A stretch of DNA of 64,000 nt from Eledone cirrhosa (taxonomy: Eukaryota). This document shows positions 42,191-59,247 of this stretch, in pieces; positions within the stretch are counted from its first letter, which is position 1, and each line of letters begins with the position of its first letter. The DNA is taken from assembly GCA_964016885.1 (NCBI GenBank), contig OZ024741.1, positions 179,676,001-179,740,000 of the forward strand, in the 5' to 3' direction. The position numbers and the translations under genes are program-made. Below the pieces are notes generated by a model. It ran no database searches and was not told the origin of the DNA. It worked only from the letters and a program-made list of their open reading frames with translations.

Positions 42191-45100
42191 ACCACATCAC
42201 ACATCATACACACCACATCATACACAACACATCGTACACACCATATCATATACAACACATCATACACACTACATCATACACACGACAATGTCCACACCAC
42301 ATCATACACACCACATCATACACACCACATCATACACACCACATCATCCACACCTCATCATACACACCATATCATACATACCACACCACATTATACACAC
42401 CACATCATACCAACCACATCATACACACCACACATTATACATACTAAACAATCTACACACCACATCATACACACCACATCACACATTATACACAACCCCT
42501 CATACACACCACATTATACACACTACATCATATATCACACATCATACACACCACATCATACACACCAGACCACATCACACACATCAGATCATACACACCA
42601 CATCATACACAACACATCATACACATAACATAATACACACCACATCATACACACCACACCATACACACCACACCATACACACCACATCATACACACCACA
42701 TCATACACATCACATCACACACACCACATAATACACACCACATTATACACACCACATCATACACACCACATGATACACACCGTACATTATAGACACCACA
42801 CAATCTACACACCACACAATCTACACACCACATCGTACACACCACATCATACACACCACATCATACACACCACATTATACACCACACATCATACACACCA
42901 CATCATGCACACCACATCATACCGACCACATCATACACACCACACATTATACACACCACACAATCTACACACCACATCATACACCACACGTTACACACTA
43001 CACATCATACACACCACACATTATACACACCACACAATCTACACACCACATCATACACCACACGTTACACACTACACAATATACACACCACACAATATAC
43101 ACGGCACACAATCTACGCACCACATCATACACACCACATGATACACATCACATCATACACATCACACCATTCACACCACATCATACACACCACATCATAC
43201 ACACCACATTATACACACCACATAATACACAACACATCGTACACACCACATCATACACATCACATCATACACATCACATCATACACACCACATCATACAC
43301 ACCACATGATACGCACCACATCATACACACAACACATTATACACACGACACAATCTACACACCACATCATGACACCACACCATACACACCACATCATACA
43401 CTCCACATCATACACATCACATCATATACATCACATCATACACACCACATCATACACATCATATCATACACACCACATCATACACACCACATCATACACA
43501 TCACATCGTACACACCACATCATACACACCACATCATACACATCATATCATACACACCACATCATACACATCACATCATACACATCACATCATATACACC
43601 AAATCATACACACCACACATCATACACATCACATCATACACAGCACATTGTACACACCACATCGTACACCCCACATCATACACACCACATCATACACACC
43701 GTACAATATTCACACCACATCATACACAGCACATCATACACACCAAATCATACACAACACATAATACACACCACATCATACACACTACATCTTACACACC
43801 ACATCATACACAACACATCATACACACCACATCATACACACCACATCATATACAACACATCATACACACCACATCATACACACCACACCACATTATACAC
43901 ACCAGATCATACAAACCACATCATACACACCACACATTATACACACTACACAATATACACACCACATTATACACACCACATCACACATTATACACAACAA
44001 ATCATACACACCACATCATACACACCACATATCATACACACCACATCATACAGAACACATCGTACACACCATATCATACACACCACATCATACACACCAC
44101 ATCATACACACCACATCATACACACCACACCAGATTATACACACCACATCATACAAACCACATCATACACACCACACATTATACATACTAAACAATCTAC
44201 ACACCACATCATACACAACAAATCATACACACCACATCATACACACCACATATCATACACACCACATCATACAGAACACATCGTACACACCATATCATAC
44301 ACACCACATCATACACACCACATCATACACATCACATCATCTACACCACATCATACACACCACATCATACACACCACATCATACACTCCACACAATATAC
44401 ACACCAGATCATACACACCACATCATACACACCACATCATACACAACACTTCATACACACCACATCATACACAAACATCGTACACACCACATTGTACACA
44501 TCACATCATACAGAACACATCACATTGGACACACCATATCATACACACCACACATCATACACATCACATTATACACACCACATTGTACACAACATATCAT
44601 ACACACCACATCATACACATCTCATCATACACACCACAACATACACACCACATCATACACACCACATCGTACACACCGCATCATACTTGCCACACAATAG
44701 CATTCACATCACATAATACACACCACATCATACACACCACATTGTACACACCACATCACAGACACCACATCATATATCACACTTCATACACACCACATCA
44801 TACACACCAGACCACATCATACACATCACATCATACACACCACATCAATCACAACACATCTTACACAACACATCAAACACATCACATCATACACACCACA
44901 TCATACACACCTCACCATACACACCACATCATACACACCACATCATACACACCACATCATATCACATCATATCATACACACCACATCATACACACCACAT
45001 CATACACACCACATCATATCACATCATATCATACACACCACATCATACACACCACATCATACACACCACATCATACACACCACATCATATCACATCATAT

Positions 45101-48100
45101 CATACACACCACATCATACACATCACATCATACACATCACATGATACACATCATACACACCACATCATACACACCACATCATACACACCACATCATATCA
45201 CATCATATCATACACACCACATCATACACACAACATCATACACACCACATCATACACACCACATCATATCACATCATATCATACACACCACATCATACAC
45301 ACCACATGATACACATCATACACACCACATCATACACACCACATCATATCACATCATATCATACACACCACATCATACACACCACATCATACACATCACA
45401 TCGTACACACCACATCATACACACCACACATCATACACATCACATCATACACAGCGCATTGTACACACCACGTCGTACACCCCACATCGTACACACCACA
45501 TCATACACACCACATCATAGACACCGCACAATATACACACCACATCATACTCAGCATATTGTACTCAACACATCATACACACCACATTGTACTCACCACA
45601 TCATACACACCACATCACACACAACACATCATACACACCACATCATACACACGACATCGTACACACCACATCATACACACCACACATCATACACATCACA
45701 TCATACACATCACATCATACACACCACACATCATACACACCACATCATACACACCACATACACACCACATCACCACATCAGACAACACATTATACACACC
45801 ACACAATCTACACACAACATCATACACACCACACCATACACACCACATCATACACACCACATCATACACATCACATCATATACATCACATCATACACAGC
45901 ACATCATACACATGACATCATACACATCACATCATACACAGCACATCATACACATGACATCATACACAGCACATCATACACAGCACATCATACACACCAT
46001 ATCGTACACACCACATCATACACACCACATCATACAGACCACACATCATACACACCACATCGTACACACCACATCATACACACCACATCATACACACCAC
46101 ATTATACACCACACATCATACACACCACATCATGCACACCACATCATACCGACCACATCATACACACCACACATTATACACACCACACAATCTACACACC
46201 ACATCATACACCACACGTTACACACTACACATCATACACACCACACATTATACACACCACACAATCTACACACCACATCATACACCACACGTTACACACT
46301 ACACAATATACACACCACACAATATACACGGCACACAATCTACGCACCACATCATACACACCACATGATACACATCACATCATACACATCACACCATTCA
46401 CACCACATCATACACACCACATCATACACACCACATTATACACACCACATAATACACAACACATCGTACACACCACATCATACACATCACATCATACACA
46501 TCACATCATACACACCACATCATACACACCACATGATACGCACCACATCATACACACAACACATTATACACACGACACAATCTACACACCACATCATGAC
46601 ACCACACCATACACACCACATCATACACTCCACATCATACACATCACATCATATACATCACATCATACACACCACATCATACACATCATATCATACACAC
46701 CACATCATACACACCACATCATACACATCACATCGTACACACCACATCATACACACCACATCATACACATCATATCATACACACCACATCATACACATCA
46801 CATCATACACATCACATCATATACACCAAATCATACACACCACACATCATACACATCACATCATACACAGCACATTGTACACACCACATCGTACACCCCA
46901 CATCATACACACCACATCATACACACCGTACAATATTCACACCACATCATACACAGCACATCATACACACCAAATCATACACAACACATAATACACACCA
47001 CATCATACACACTACATCTTACACACCACATCATACACAACACATCATACACACCACATCATACACACCACATCATATACAACACATCATACACACCACA
47101 TCATACACACCACACCACATTATACACACCAGATCATACAAACCACATCATACACACCACACATTATACACACTACACAATATACACACCACATTATACA
47201 CACCACATCACACATTATACACAACAAATCATACACACCACATCATACACACCACATATCATACACACCACATCATACAGAACACATCGTACACACCATA
47301 TCATACACACCACATCATACACACCACATCATACACACCACATCATACACACCACACCAGATTATACACACCACATCATACAAACCACATCATACACACC
47401 ACACATTATACATACTAAACAATCTACACACCACATCATACACAACAAATCATACACACCACATCATACACACCACATATCATACACACCACATCATACA
47501 GAACACATCGTACACACCATATCATACACACCACATCATACACACCACATCATACACATCACATCATCTACACCACATCATACACACCACATCATACACA
47601 CCACATCATACACTCCACACAATATACACACCAGATCATACACACCACATCATACACACCACATCATACACAACACTTCATACACACCACATCATACACA
47701 AACATCGTACACACCACATTGTACACATCACATCATACAGAACACATCACATTGGACACACCATATCATACACACCACACATCATACACATCACATTATA
47801 CACACCACATTGTACACAACATATCATACACACCACATCATACACATCTCATCATACACACCACAACATACACACCACATCATACACACCACATCGTACA
47901 CACCGCATCATACTCGCCACACAATAGCATTCACATCACATAATACACACCACATCATACACACCACATTGTACACACCACATCACAGACACCACATCAT
48001 ATATCACACTTCATACACACCACATCATACACACCAGACCACATCATACACATCACATCATACACACCACATCAATCACAACACATCTTACACAACACAT

Positions 48101-51100
48101 CAAACACATCACATCATACACACCACATCATACACACCTCACCATACACACCACATCATACACACCACATCATACACACCACATCATATCACATCATATC
48201 ATACACACCACATCATACACACCACATCATACACACCACATCATATCACATCATATCATACACACCACATCATACACACCACATCATACACACCACATCA
48301 TACACACCACATCATATCACATCATATCATACACACCACATCATACACATCACATCATACACATCACATGATACACATCATACACACCACATCATACACA
48401 CCACATCATACACACCACATCATATCACATCATATCATACACACCACATCATACACACAACATCATACACACCACATCATACACACCACATCATATCACA
48501 TCATATCATACACACCACATCATACACACCACATCATACACACCACATGATACACATCATACACACCACATCATACACACCACATCATATCACATCATAT
48601 CATACACACCACATCATACACACCACATCATACACATCACATCGTACACACCACATCATACACACCACACATCATACACATCACATCATACACAGCGCAT
48701 TGTACACACCACGTCGTACACCCCACATCGTACACACCACATCATACACACCACATCATAGACACCGCACAATATACACACCACATCATACTCAGCATAT
48801 TGTACTCAACACATCATACACACCACATTGTACTCACCACATCATACACACCACATCACACACAACACATCATACACACCACATCATACACACGACATCG
48901 TACACACCACATCATACACACCACACATCATACACATCACATCATACACATCACATCATACACACCACACATCATACACACCACATCATACACACCACAT
49001 ACACACCACATCACCACATCAGACAACACATTATACACACCACACAATCTACACACAACATCATACACACCACACCATACACACCACATCATACACACCA
49101 CATCATACACATCACATCATATACATCACATCATACACAGCACATCATACACATGACATCATACACATCACATCATACACAGCACATCATACACATGACA
49201 TCATACACAGCACATCATACACAGCACATCATACACACCATATCGTACACACCACATCATACACACCACATCATACAGACCACACATCATACACACCACA
49301 TCGTACACACCACATCATACACACCACATCATACACACCACATTATACACCACACATCATACACACCACATCATGCACACCACATCATACCGACCACATC
49401 ATACACACCACACATTATACACACCACACAATCTACACACCACATCATACACCACACGTTACACACTACACATCATACACACCACACATTATACACACCA
49501 CACAATCTACACACCACATCATACACCACACGTTACACACTACACAATATACACACCACACAATATACACGGCACACAATCTACGCACCACATCATACAC
49601 ACCACATCATACACATCACATCATACACATCACACCATTCACACCACATCATACACACCACATCATACACACCACATTATACACACCACATAATACACAA
49701 CACATCGTACACACCACATCATACACATCACATCATACACATCACATCATACACACCACATCATACACACCACATCATACGCACCACATCATACACACAA
49801 CACATTATACACACGACACAATCTACACACCACATCATGACACCACACCATACACACCACATCATACACTCCACATCATACACATCACATCATATACATC
49901 ACATCATACACACCACATCATACACATGACATCATACACTCCACATCATACACATCACATCATACACACCACATCATACACACCACATCATACACATGAC
50001 ATCATACACATCACATCATACACACCACATCATACACACCACATCATACACATCATATCATACACACCACATCATACACACCACATCATACACATCACAT
50101 CGTACACACCACATCATACACACCACATCATACACATCATATCATACACACCACATCATACACATCACATCATACACATCACATCATACACACCAAATCA
50201 TACACACCACACATCATACACATCACATCATACACAGCACATTGTACACACCACATCGTACACCCCACATCATACACACCACATCATACACACCGTACAA
50301 TATTCACACCACATCATACACAGCACATCATACACACCAAATCATACACAACACATAATACACACCACATCATACACACTACATCTTACACACCACATCA
50401 TACACAACACATCATACACACCACATCATACACACCACATCATATACAACACATCATACACACCACATCATACACACCACACCACATTATACACACCAGA
50501 TCATACAAACCACATCATACACACCACACATTATACACACTACACAATATACACACCACATTATACACACCACATCACACATTATACACAACAAATGATA
50601 CACACCACATCATACACACCACATATCATACACACCACATCATACAGAACACATCGTACACACCATATCATACACACCACATCATACACACCACATCATA
50701 CACACCACATCATACACACCACACCAGATTATACACACCACATCATACAAACCACATCATACACACCACACATTATACATACTAAACAATCTACACACCA
50801 CATCATACACAACAAATCATACACACCACATCATACACACCACATATCATACACACCACATCATACAGAACACATCGTACACACCATATCATACACACCA
50901 CATCATACACACCACATCATACACATCACATCATCTACACCACATCATACACACCACATCATACACACCACATCATACACTCCACACAATATACACACCA
51001 GATCATACACACCACATCATACACACCACATCATACACAACACTTCATACACACCACATCATACACAAACATCGTACACACCACATTGTACACATCACAT

Positions 51101-54030
51101 CATACAGAACACATCACATTGGACACACCATATCATACACACCACACATCATACACATCACATTATACACACCACATTGTACACAACATATCATACACAC
51201 CACATCATACACATCTCATCATACACACCACAACATACACACCACATCATACACACCACATCGTACACACCGCATCATACTCGCCACACAATAGCATTCA
51301 CATCACATAATACACACCACATCATACACACCACATTGTACACACCACATCATAGACACCACATCATATATCACACTTCATACACACCACATCATACACA
51401 CCAGACCACATCATACACATCACATCATACACACCACATCAATCACAACACATCTTACACAACACATCAAACACATCACATCATACACACCACATCATAC
51501 ACACCTCACCATACACACCACATCATACACACCACATCATACACACCACATCATATCACATCATATCATACACACCACATCATACACACCACATCATACA
51601 CACCACATCATATCACATCATATCATACACACCACATCATACACACCACATCATACACACCACATCATACACACCACATCATATCACATCATATCATACA
51701 CACCACATCATACACATCACATCATACACATCACATGATACACATCATACACACCACATCATACACACCACATCATACACACCACATCATATCACATCAT
51801 ATCATACACACCACATCATACACACAACATCATACACACCACATCATACACACCACATCATATCACATCATATCATACACACCACATCATACACACCACA
51901 TCATACACACCACATGATACACATGATACACACCACATCATACACACCACATCATATCACATCATATCATACACACCACATCATACACACCACATCATAC
52001 ACATCACATCGTACACACCACATCATACACACCACACATCATACACATCACATCATACACAGCGCATTGTACACACCACGTCGTACACCCCACATCGTAC
52101 ACACCACATCATACACACCACATCATAGACACCGCACAATATACACACCACATCATACTCAGCATATTGTACTCAACACATCATACACACCACATTGTAC
52201 TCACCACATCATACACACCACATCACACACAACACATCATACACACCACATCATACACACGACATCGTACACACCACATCATACACACCACACATCATAC
52301 ACATCACATCATACACATCACATCATACACACCACACATCATACACACCACATCATACACACCACATACACACCACATCACCACATCAGACAACACATTA
52401 TACACACCACACAATCTACACACAACATCATACACACCACACCATACACACCACATCATACACACCACATCATACACATCACATCATATACATCACATCA
52501 TACACAGCACATCATACACATGACATCATACACATCACATCATACACAGCACATCATACACATGACATCATACACAGCACATCATACACAGCACATCATA
52601 CACACCATATCGTACACACCACATCATACACACCACATCATACACACCACATCATACAGACCACACATCATACACACCACATCATACACACCACACATTA
52701 TACACATCACATCATACACACCACATTGTACACAACACATCATACACGCCACATCTTACACACCACATCGTACACACCACACCACACCATATCATACGCA
52801 CCACATTGTACACACCATATCATACACACCACATCATACACCACACATCATACACACCACATCATACACCACACATCATACACACTACATCATACACACC
52901 ACATCATACACAGCACACCACTTCATACACACCACATCATACACACCACATTGTACTCACCACATCATACACACCACATCATACACCACACATCATACAC
53001 ACCACATCATACACCACACATCATACACACTACATCATACACACCACATCATACACAGCACACCACTTCATACACACCACATCATACACACCACAATGTA
53101 CTCACCACATCATACACACCACTTCATACACATCACATCATACACCACACATCATACACACCATATCATACACACCACATCATACACACCACATCACATC
53201 ATACACACCACATTATACACACCACATGATACACACCACATGATACACACCACACATTCTAGACACCACAAATCTACACACCACACAATCTACACACCAC
53301 ATCATACACACCACATCATACACACCACATCATACACACCACATCATCCACACCACACCATACACACCACATCATACACACCACATCATACAGCTCACAC
53401 CATACACACCACATTGTACACAACACATCATACACACCACATCATACACACCACATCATACACACAACATCATACACATCACATCATACACACCACAACA
53501 TACACAACACATCATACACATCACATCATACACACCGCATCATACACACCACATCATACACACAACACATTATACACACCACACAATCTACACACCACAT
53601 CATACACTCCACACCATACACACCACATCATACACACCACATCATGCACATCACATCATATACATCACATCATACACATCACATCATACACACCATATCA
53701 TACACAAAACATCATACACACCACATCATACACACCAAATCATACACACCACATCATACACACAACACATTATACACACCACACAATCTACACACCACAT
53801 CATACACACCACACCACATCATACACATCACATCATACACACCACATCATACACACCACATCATACACACCATATCATACGCCCCACATCATACACCACA
53901 CATTATACACACACGTTACACCCCACATTAAACACCACACATTATACACACCACACAATATACACACCACACATCATACACACAACACAATCTACACACC
54001 ACACAATCTACACACCACATCGTATACACC
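42191..54030. repeat. Satellite domain B, 14-bp monomer CACACCACATCATA, with 3.2-3.4-kb higher-order repeats
   Basis: Direct sequence; landmarks recur at 44492/47719/51086 and 45559/48800/52167. Confidence 0.97.
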
Positions 54031-54298
54031 TAACACCGGCCTGTTTATATATTATTTCTAATGTAGATAATCCACCATAAAATCTTGATTGCTGGAACCG
54101 TTTTTAATTGCCATATTGTCTCGTAGAATCCTTAGTGATTGCATAGAATTCACGAAATTTCTAAGTTAATTAAACCCCGCATTCTAATTGGATTCTGTGT
54201 ATGTGTTTAAAACGTGTGTGTGTTTATGTTCGAGAATGTGTATATAATTATTTAGCTCTGCCGGGCAATACACACACATATATATATATATATATATA

Positions 54299-54447
<149 letters not shown>

Positions 54448-54571
54448 TTTTAATTTCAGTGAGATGTAACTTTGTAAATAAAATTTATATAATACAGTTT
54501 ATTTTCAGAACATATTTATCGTTTTATTTGAAAAATCATTCAAAACACATTTATTTCTTCAAGTTCACTTA

Positions 54572-56054
54572 ATGATGGCGATGATGGTGGTGGTGGTGGT
54601 AGTGGTGATGGTGGTGGTGGTGGTGGTGATTGTAGTAGGGGTGGTGTTGGTGGTGGTGGTGGTGATTGTAGTAGTGGTGGTGGTGGTGGTGGTGGTGATT
54701 GTAGTAGTGGTGGTGGTGGTGATTGTTGTAGTGGTGGTAGTGGTGGTGGTGGTAATGGTGGTGGTAGTGGTGATGGAGGTGGTGGTGGTGGTGATGGTGG
54801 TGGTGGTGGTGGTGGTGGTGATGGTGGTGGTGGTGGTGGTGATGGTGGTGGTGGTGGTGGTAGTGGTGATGGTGGTGGTGGTGGTGGTGGTGATGGTGGT
54901 GTTGTTGTTGGTGTTGGTGGTGGTGGTGGTGATGGTGGTGGTGGTGGTGGTGATGGTGGTGATTGTAGTAGTGGTGGTGTTGGTGGTGGTGGTGGTGGTG
55001 GTGATGGTGGTGATGGTGGTGGTGGTGGTGGTGGTAGTGGTGATAGTGGTGGTGGTGGTGGTGGTGATGGTGGTGTTGTTGTTGGTGTTGGTGGTGGTGG
55101 TGGTGATGGTGGTGGTGGTGGTGGTGATTGTAGTAGTGGTGGTGTTGGTGGTGGTGGTGGTGGTGATGGTGGTGTTGTTGTTGGTGTTGGTGGTGGTGGT
55201 GGTGATGGTGGTGGTGGTGGTGGTGGTGGTGGTGATTGTAGTAGTGGTGGTGTTGGTGGTGGTGGTGATGGTGGTGTTGTTGTTGGTGTTGGTGGTGGTG
55301 GTGGTGATGGTGGTGGTGGTGATTGTAGTAGTGGTGGTGTTGGTGGTGGTGGTGGTGGTGATGGTGGTGTTGTTGTTGGTGTTGGTGGTGGTGGTGGTGA
55401 TGGTGGTGGTGGTGGTGGTGGTGATTGTAGTAGTGGTGGTGTTGGTGGTGGTGGTGATGGTGGTGTTGTTGTTGGTGTTGGTGGTGGTGGTGGTGATGGT
55501 GGTGGTGGTGGTGTTGGTGGTGGTGGTGGTGGTGATGGTGGTGTTGTTGTTGGTGTTGGTGGTGGTGGTGGTGATGGTGGTGGTGGTGGTGGTGGTGATT
55601 GTAGTAGTGGTGGTGGTGGTGGGGATTGTAGTAGTGGTGGTGGTGGTGATGATGGTGGTGGTGGTGGTGGTGGTTGTAGTAGTGGTGGTGGTGGTGGTGA
55701 TTGTAGTAGTAGTGGTGGTGGTGGTGGTGGGGTGGTGGTGGTGGTGGTGGTGGTGATGGTGATTGTAGTAGTGGTGGTGGTGGTGGTGGTAGTGGCGATG
55801 GTGGTGGAGATGATGCTCATCGTGACGATGATGGTGATAGTGATGGTGATGGTGATGGTCGTGGTTACGATGGTGGTGATGATTGTAGTAGTGATGGTGG
55901 TGATGATGGTGATGATTGTAGTGGTGGTGGTGGTGGTGGTGGTGGTGGTGGAAATGATGTTCATCGTGACGGCGATGGTGATGATGATGGTGATGATCGT
56001 GTTGGTAGCAGTGGTGATGAATATGATGATAATACTGATGAATATGATAGTAGC

Positions 56055-56085
<31 letters not shown>

Positions 56086-56134
56086 TTGATGATGGCGGAT
56101 ATGATGATGATGATATTGATGATGTTGATAATGA

Positions 56135-56170
<36 letters not shown>
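54572..56170. repeat. Compound (GGT)n grading into (GAT)n
   Basis: Direct sequence. Confidence 0.95.
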
Positions 56171-56172
<2 letters not shown>

Positions 56173-56446
56173 GGAAACAATAAAGGTCATTGGTCAATAT
56201 CTCGATAGGTTCTTTTCTCTTTCTTTCTTTCTTTTTTTCTTTCTTTCTTCCCTTCTTTCTTCCTTTGTTTGTTTGTTTCTATATTTATTTATTTATTTGT
56301 TTATTCATTTATTGTTCGATAGTATTAAATGACAAATCGATCTAGGACGACTTGTTTGGGAAACAGTTCTGTTCAGAATGACATTTCAATATTTCAATAG
56401 TTCTCATTCGGGACCAGGTTTATTTTTAATGTTACACAAATTCGAG

Positions 56447-56600
56447 AAGGCACGTGGCTTAATGGTTAGGGCGTTGGGCTCACGACCGCATAGTGACGAG
56501 TTTGATCTCCAGGTCAGGAAGAAGGCGTTATGTCTTAGAGTAAGATACTATATATTTTATGTTATTCCTGTGCACTCATCTGGAAAAGAAAAATTATCTG
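56447..56600 (+). mobile_element. tRNA-derived SINE head; related copy at 60545-60757 on the minus strand
   Basis: A-box TGGCTTAATGG and degenerate B-box GAGTTTGATCTC. Confidence 0.55.
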
Positions 56601-56640
56601 TGACGTTGTGTCGGCCTTTGTTTTTCTCTAGAACAATGTA

Positions 56641-56894
56641 CAGGGTGGGCCAGAATTCATGACTCACTTGATTATTTATCTATTGACACAAAATATCATA
56701 AAACAAGTTAAGGAATATAATACCATATACAGGCATAAGATCATGAACAAGATACGGTGGAAAAGAAAAAAAAACCAAAACCTGCTAAGCATATTAAGAA
56801 ATAAAATGATAAACTAAAATAATTCAATAACAATAAAAATAAGCATGTTAAGAAATATAACTAACAAGCGAGTCATGAATTCTGGTCCACCCCG
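56641..56894. mobile_element. Tc1/mariner-type MITE (254 bp)
   Basis: 30-bp TIR CAGGGTGGGCCAGAATTCATGACTCACTTG (27/30 match), TA on both sides. Confidence 0.85.
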
Positions 56895-56924
56895 TATATA
56901 GTGTATAAATATTGTATATATTAA

Positions 56925-57289
56925 TGGTTTGTGATTTAGGTACAACACCTAATTTTGGGGCACGGGAAAAATCGATGAAATCGAACTCAGTGCATTACTT
57001 GTACTTTATTTTATCGGCCTCGTAAGGATGAAAGGCAAAGCTAACCTTGACAGGATTTGAACTCAGATCGTAAAGGGCCATAACTCTATGCCATAAAGCA
57101 TGGTGTTCGACGCTCCGTGTCTATGAGTTGTCATGACAATTTTGCCAAGTTGTATTGGATGAAAGGTAAAGCTAACCTCGACAGGATTTGAACTTAGATC
57201 ATAAAGGGCTGTAACTCTATGCCATAAAGCATGGTGTTCGACGCTCCGTGTCTATGAGTTGCGATGACACTTTTGTTAAGCTGTATTGG
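56925..57289 (-). mobile_element. SINE family 1 with a local 132-bp tandem duplication
   Basis: GGATGAAAGG...TGTATTGG repeated at 57026 and 57158, including non-SINE flank. Confidence 0.8.
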
Positions 57290-57474
57290 CTTTTGTCTTT
57301 CACTTGGTCAACATTGGTCCGTCAGTCATAGGACCATAACCGATGGTCAGTCATGACTGAAGGAAGACATTTTCTTTCCTACACTTCTGGTGATATTGAC
57401 TCATGGTCGATGGTGTTTGAAAGAAGATCTTTAAAAATATATCATATTTTGAAGGGCCTTTTTTATTTCGTTGT

Positions 57475-57590
57475 ACTTTTATTCTTTTACTGGTTTTAGT
57501 CATTAGACTACGGTCATGCTGGGGCAACACCTTCAAGGGATTTTAGTCGATCATATCGAGCCCAATACATATTTGGTTTACAAATCTAGC
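57475..57590 (-). mobile_element. SINE 3' end with GCCCCAGCATG / GTAAAAGA tail
   Basis: Minus strand CCCTTGAAGGTGTTGCCCCAGCATGACCGTAGTCTAATGACTAAAACCAGTAAAAGAATAAAAG. Confidence 0.6.
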
Positions 57591-57629
57591 ACCAGAAGCG
57601 GACTGGATCTTAAAACTAACCGAGCGTCC

Positions 57630-58160
57630 GAACGACACTGACAAAGAAACCGGTGGGGGTCAGAGGAATGTCTTCACAGTCCAGCTAAGGTGACATTGAC
57701 TAACAGATCGACTAACTACTGAGGGACAGAGGTGTATTTTCACTGGTCAGTTAACGTGACACTGACCAACCAATTTCTAATGGCTGAGGTCCAGAGGTGT
57801 GTTTTCAAGGCAACACAGATTAATACACTGCTGACTACTTTGGGCCAGATGTATATTTTCATGGCTCACCTAAGGTGACATTAACAGATTGCAGGTTGCT
57901 GAAGGTCAGCGGTGTGATTTTGCTGCTCAGCTGACACTAACTGACTGCCAAGTGACAGAGGTATGTGTTCACTGCCCAGCTAAGGTGACACTAGCAGACA
58001 AATGACTGTTAAGTGACAGGCATGTTTTCACTGCACAACTAAGGTGACACTGACCAGTGATGTCCAGAGTTGTGTTTTCACAGCTCAGCTAAGATGACAA
58101 TGATTAATAGACTGCTGACTACTGTAGGTCAGGGGTGAATTTTCACTGCACAATTAAGTC
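57630..58160. repeat. Degenerate minisatellite, nine units spaced 48-66 bp
   Basis: Consensus near CAGAGGTGTGTTTTCACTGCCCAGCTAAGGTGACACTGAC. Confidence 0.8.
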
Positions 58161-59091
58161 ATGTTCCATTTTTATTTCAGTCTGTGTGCATCGGCTATGA
58201 CTTCAGTTTTCTGTGACACTTTTCAGTTGTATTTGTTTTTATCCAAATCAGCTCGACTCTGGTTCTCATTTTTACGAAACAGGACACAGCTACCCAAGAT
58301 GTCAGCGAGATTAAAAACAATTTTTTTGCAAAAATTAGCATACAGCTCGGCGTTTCAAACAACAGCCAATTACTTGTATTAGAAACTCGTTTTTCTACAC
58401 GGGACTCAAATCACTGAAATTGTATAGTTAAGAGGAAAAAGCGCTGCCCACAGCCCTTTTCAAAGACCCGTGGGAAGGAAGAAAGAAGATATTCTAAAAC
58501 CGGAAACCTGGTCCAAATGCTTATAACTGAATGAGCTTCTCTAATGACGCCCAAGTGCTAGGTCGTTGGGGCGTTAATCCTAGCGACAGGTTAAGCCTAC
58601 CATCCAAGCAGGCCACGGCGGAATTTGAACTCAAAACGCGAAAATTCAAAGCAAATACGTCTTAAACTGATACTATATTCATCGATCCCCACAGGAAGAT
58701 CTCGGTGGGATTTGAACTCAGAGCACAGAAAGCCGGAATCGATACTGCAAGTCATTTCGTTCGACGCTCTAACGTTTGTGGCAATTCAGTAATCTTTATT
58801 TGAAGTAGACCTGACATAATGTACCCACTCCTATAAAATGAGAGTTTGTGACGTTCATTCATATGGAGTTAAGTCACCTGAATTGACACAGAGATGAATC
58901 TTCCATCGGTTTCGACGATGATTATTCAGTCGTTCGATCACCTAAACGTCTGATTCGTGAATTGATGAGTTCAGTGGTTGAGTATTATTTAATACCTTTA
59001 ACTTATTTCTCAAGAGGAATCTGCGTGATACAATATGTGACAATCCTGGATCTTTTGAAGTCCAGGTACAATACAGCTTGTACTATAGTAT

Positions 59092-59212
59092 GTATGGTCC
59101 CATAACCCCCGATAGAGTATTCACATACGGCGTTTCTTGCGTATTTTAAGCCTGACGGAGCCCATCCCTCTCCAGGCTTGAGTACAGCAGATTCTTCCAG
59201 AGAAAGATAGAA

Positions 59213-59247
<35 letters not shown>

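Noticed and set aside
36556-54030. Telomeric array
   Set aside because: No TTAGGG-type unit; the array is internal, with other sequence on both sides.
36571-54061. Long His/Thr/Tyr-rich ORFs of up to 1029 aa
   Set aside because: Read-through of the 14-bp satellite, whose plus strand rarely has stops. ORFs occur in all three frames and the monomer length is not a multiple of three.
54540-56208. Extensin- or mucin-like Pro-rich and Thr/His-rich ORFs
   Set aside because: Trinucleotide repeat open in several frames on both strands, with no non-repetitive domain.
57630-58160. CRISPR-like repeat-spacer appearance
   Set aside because: Eukaryotic context, heavily degenerate repeats, linkers short and related to each other, no cas genes.
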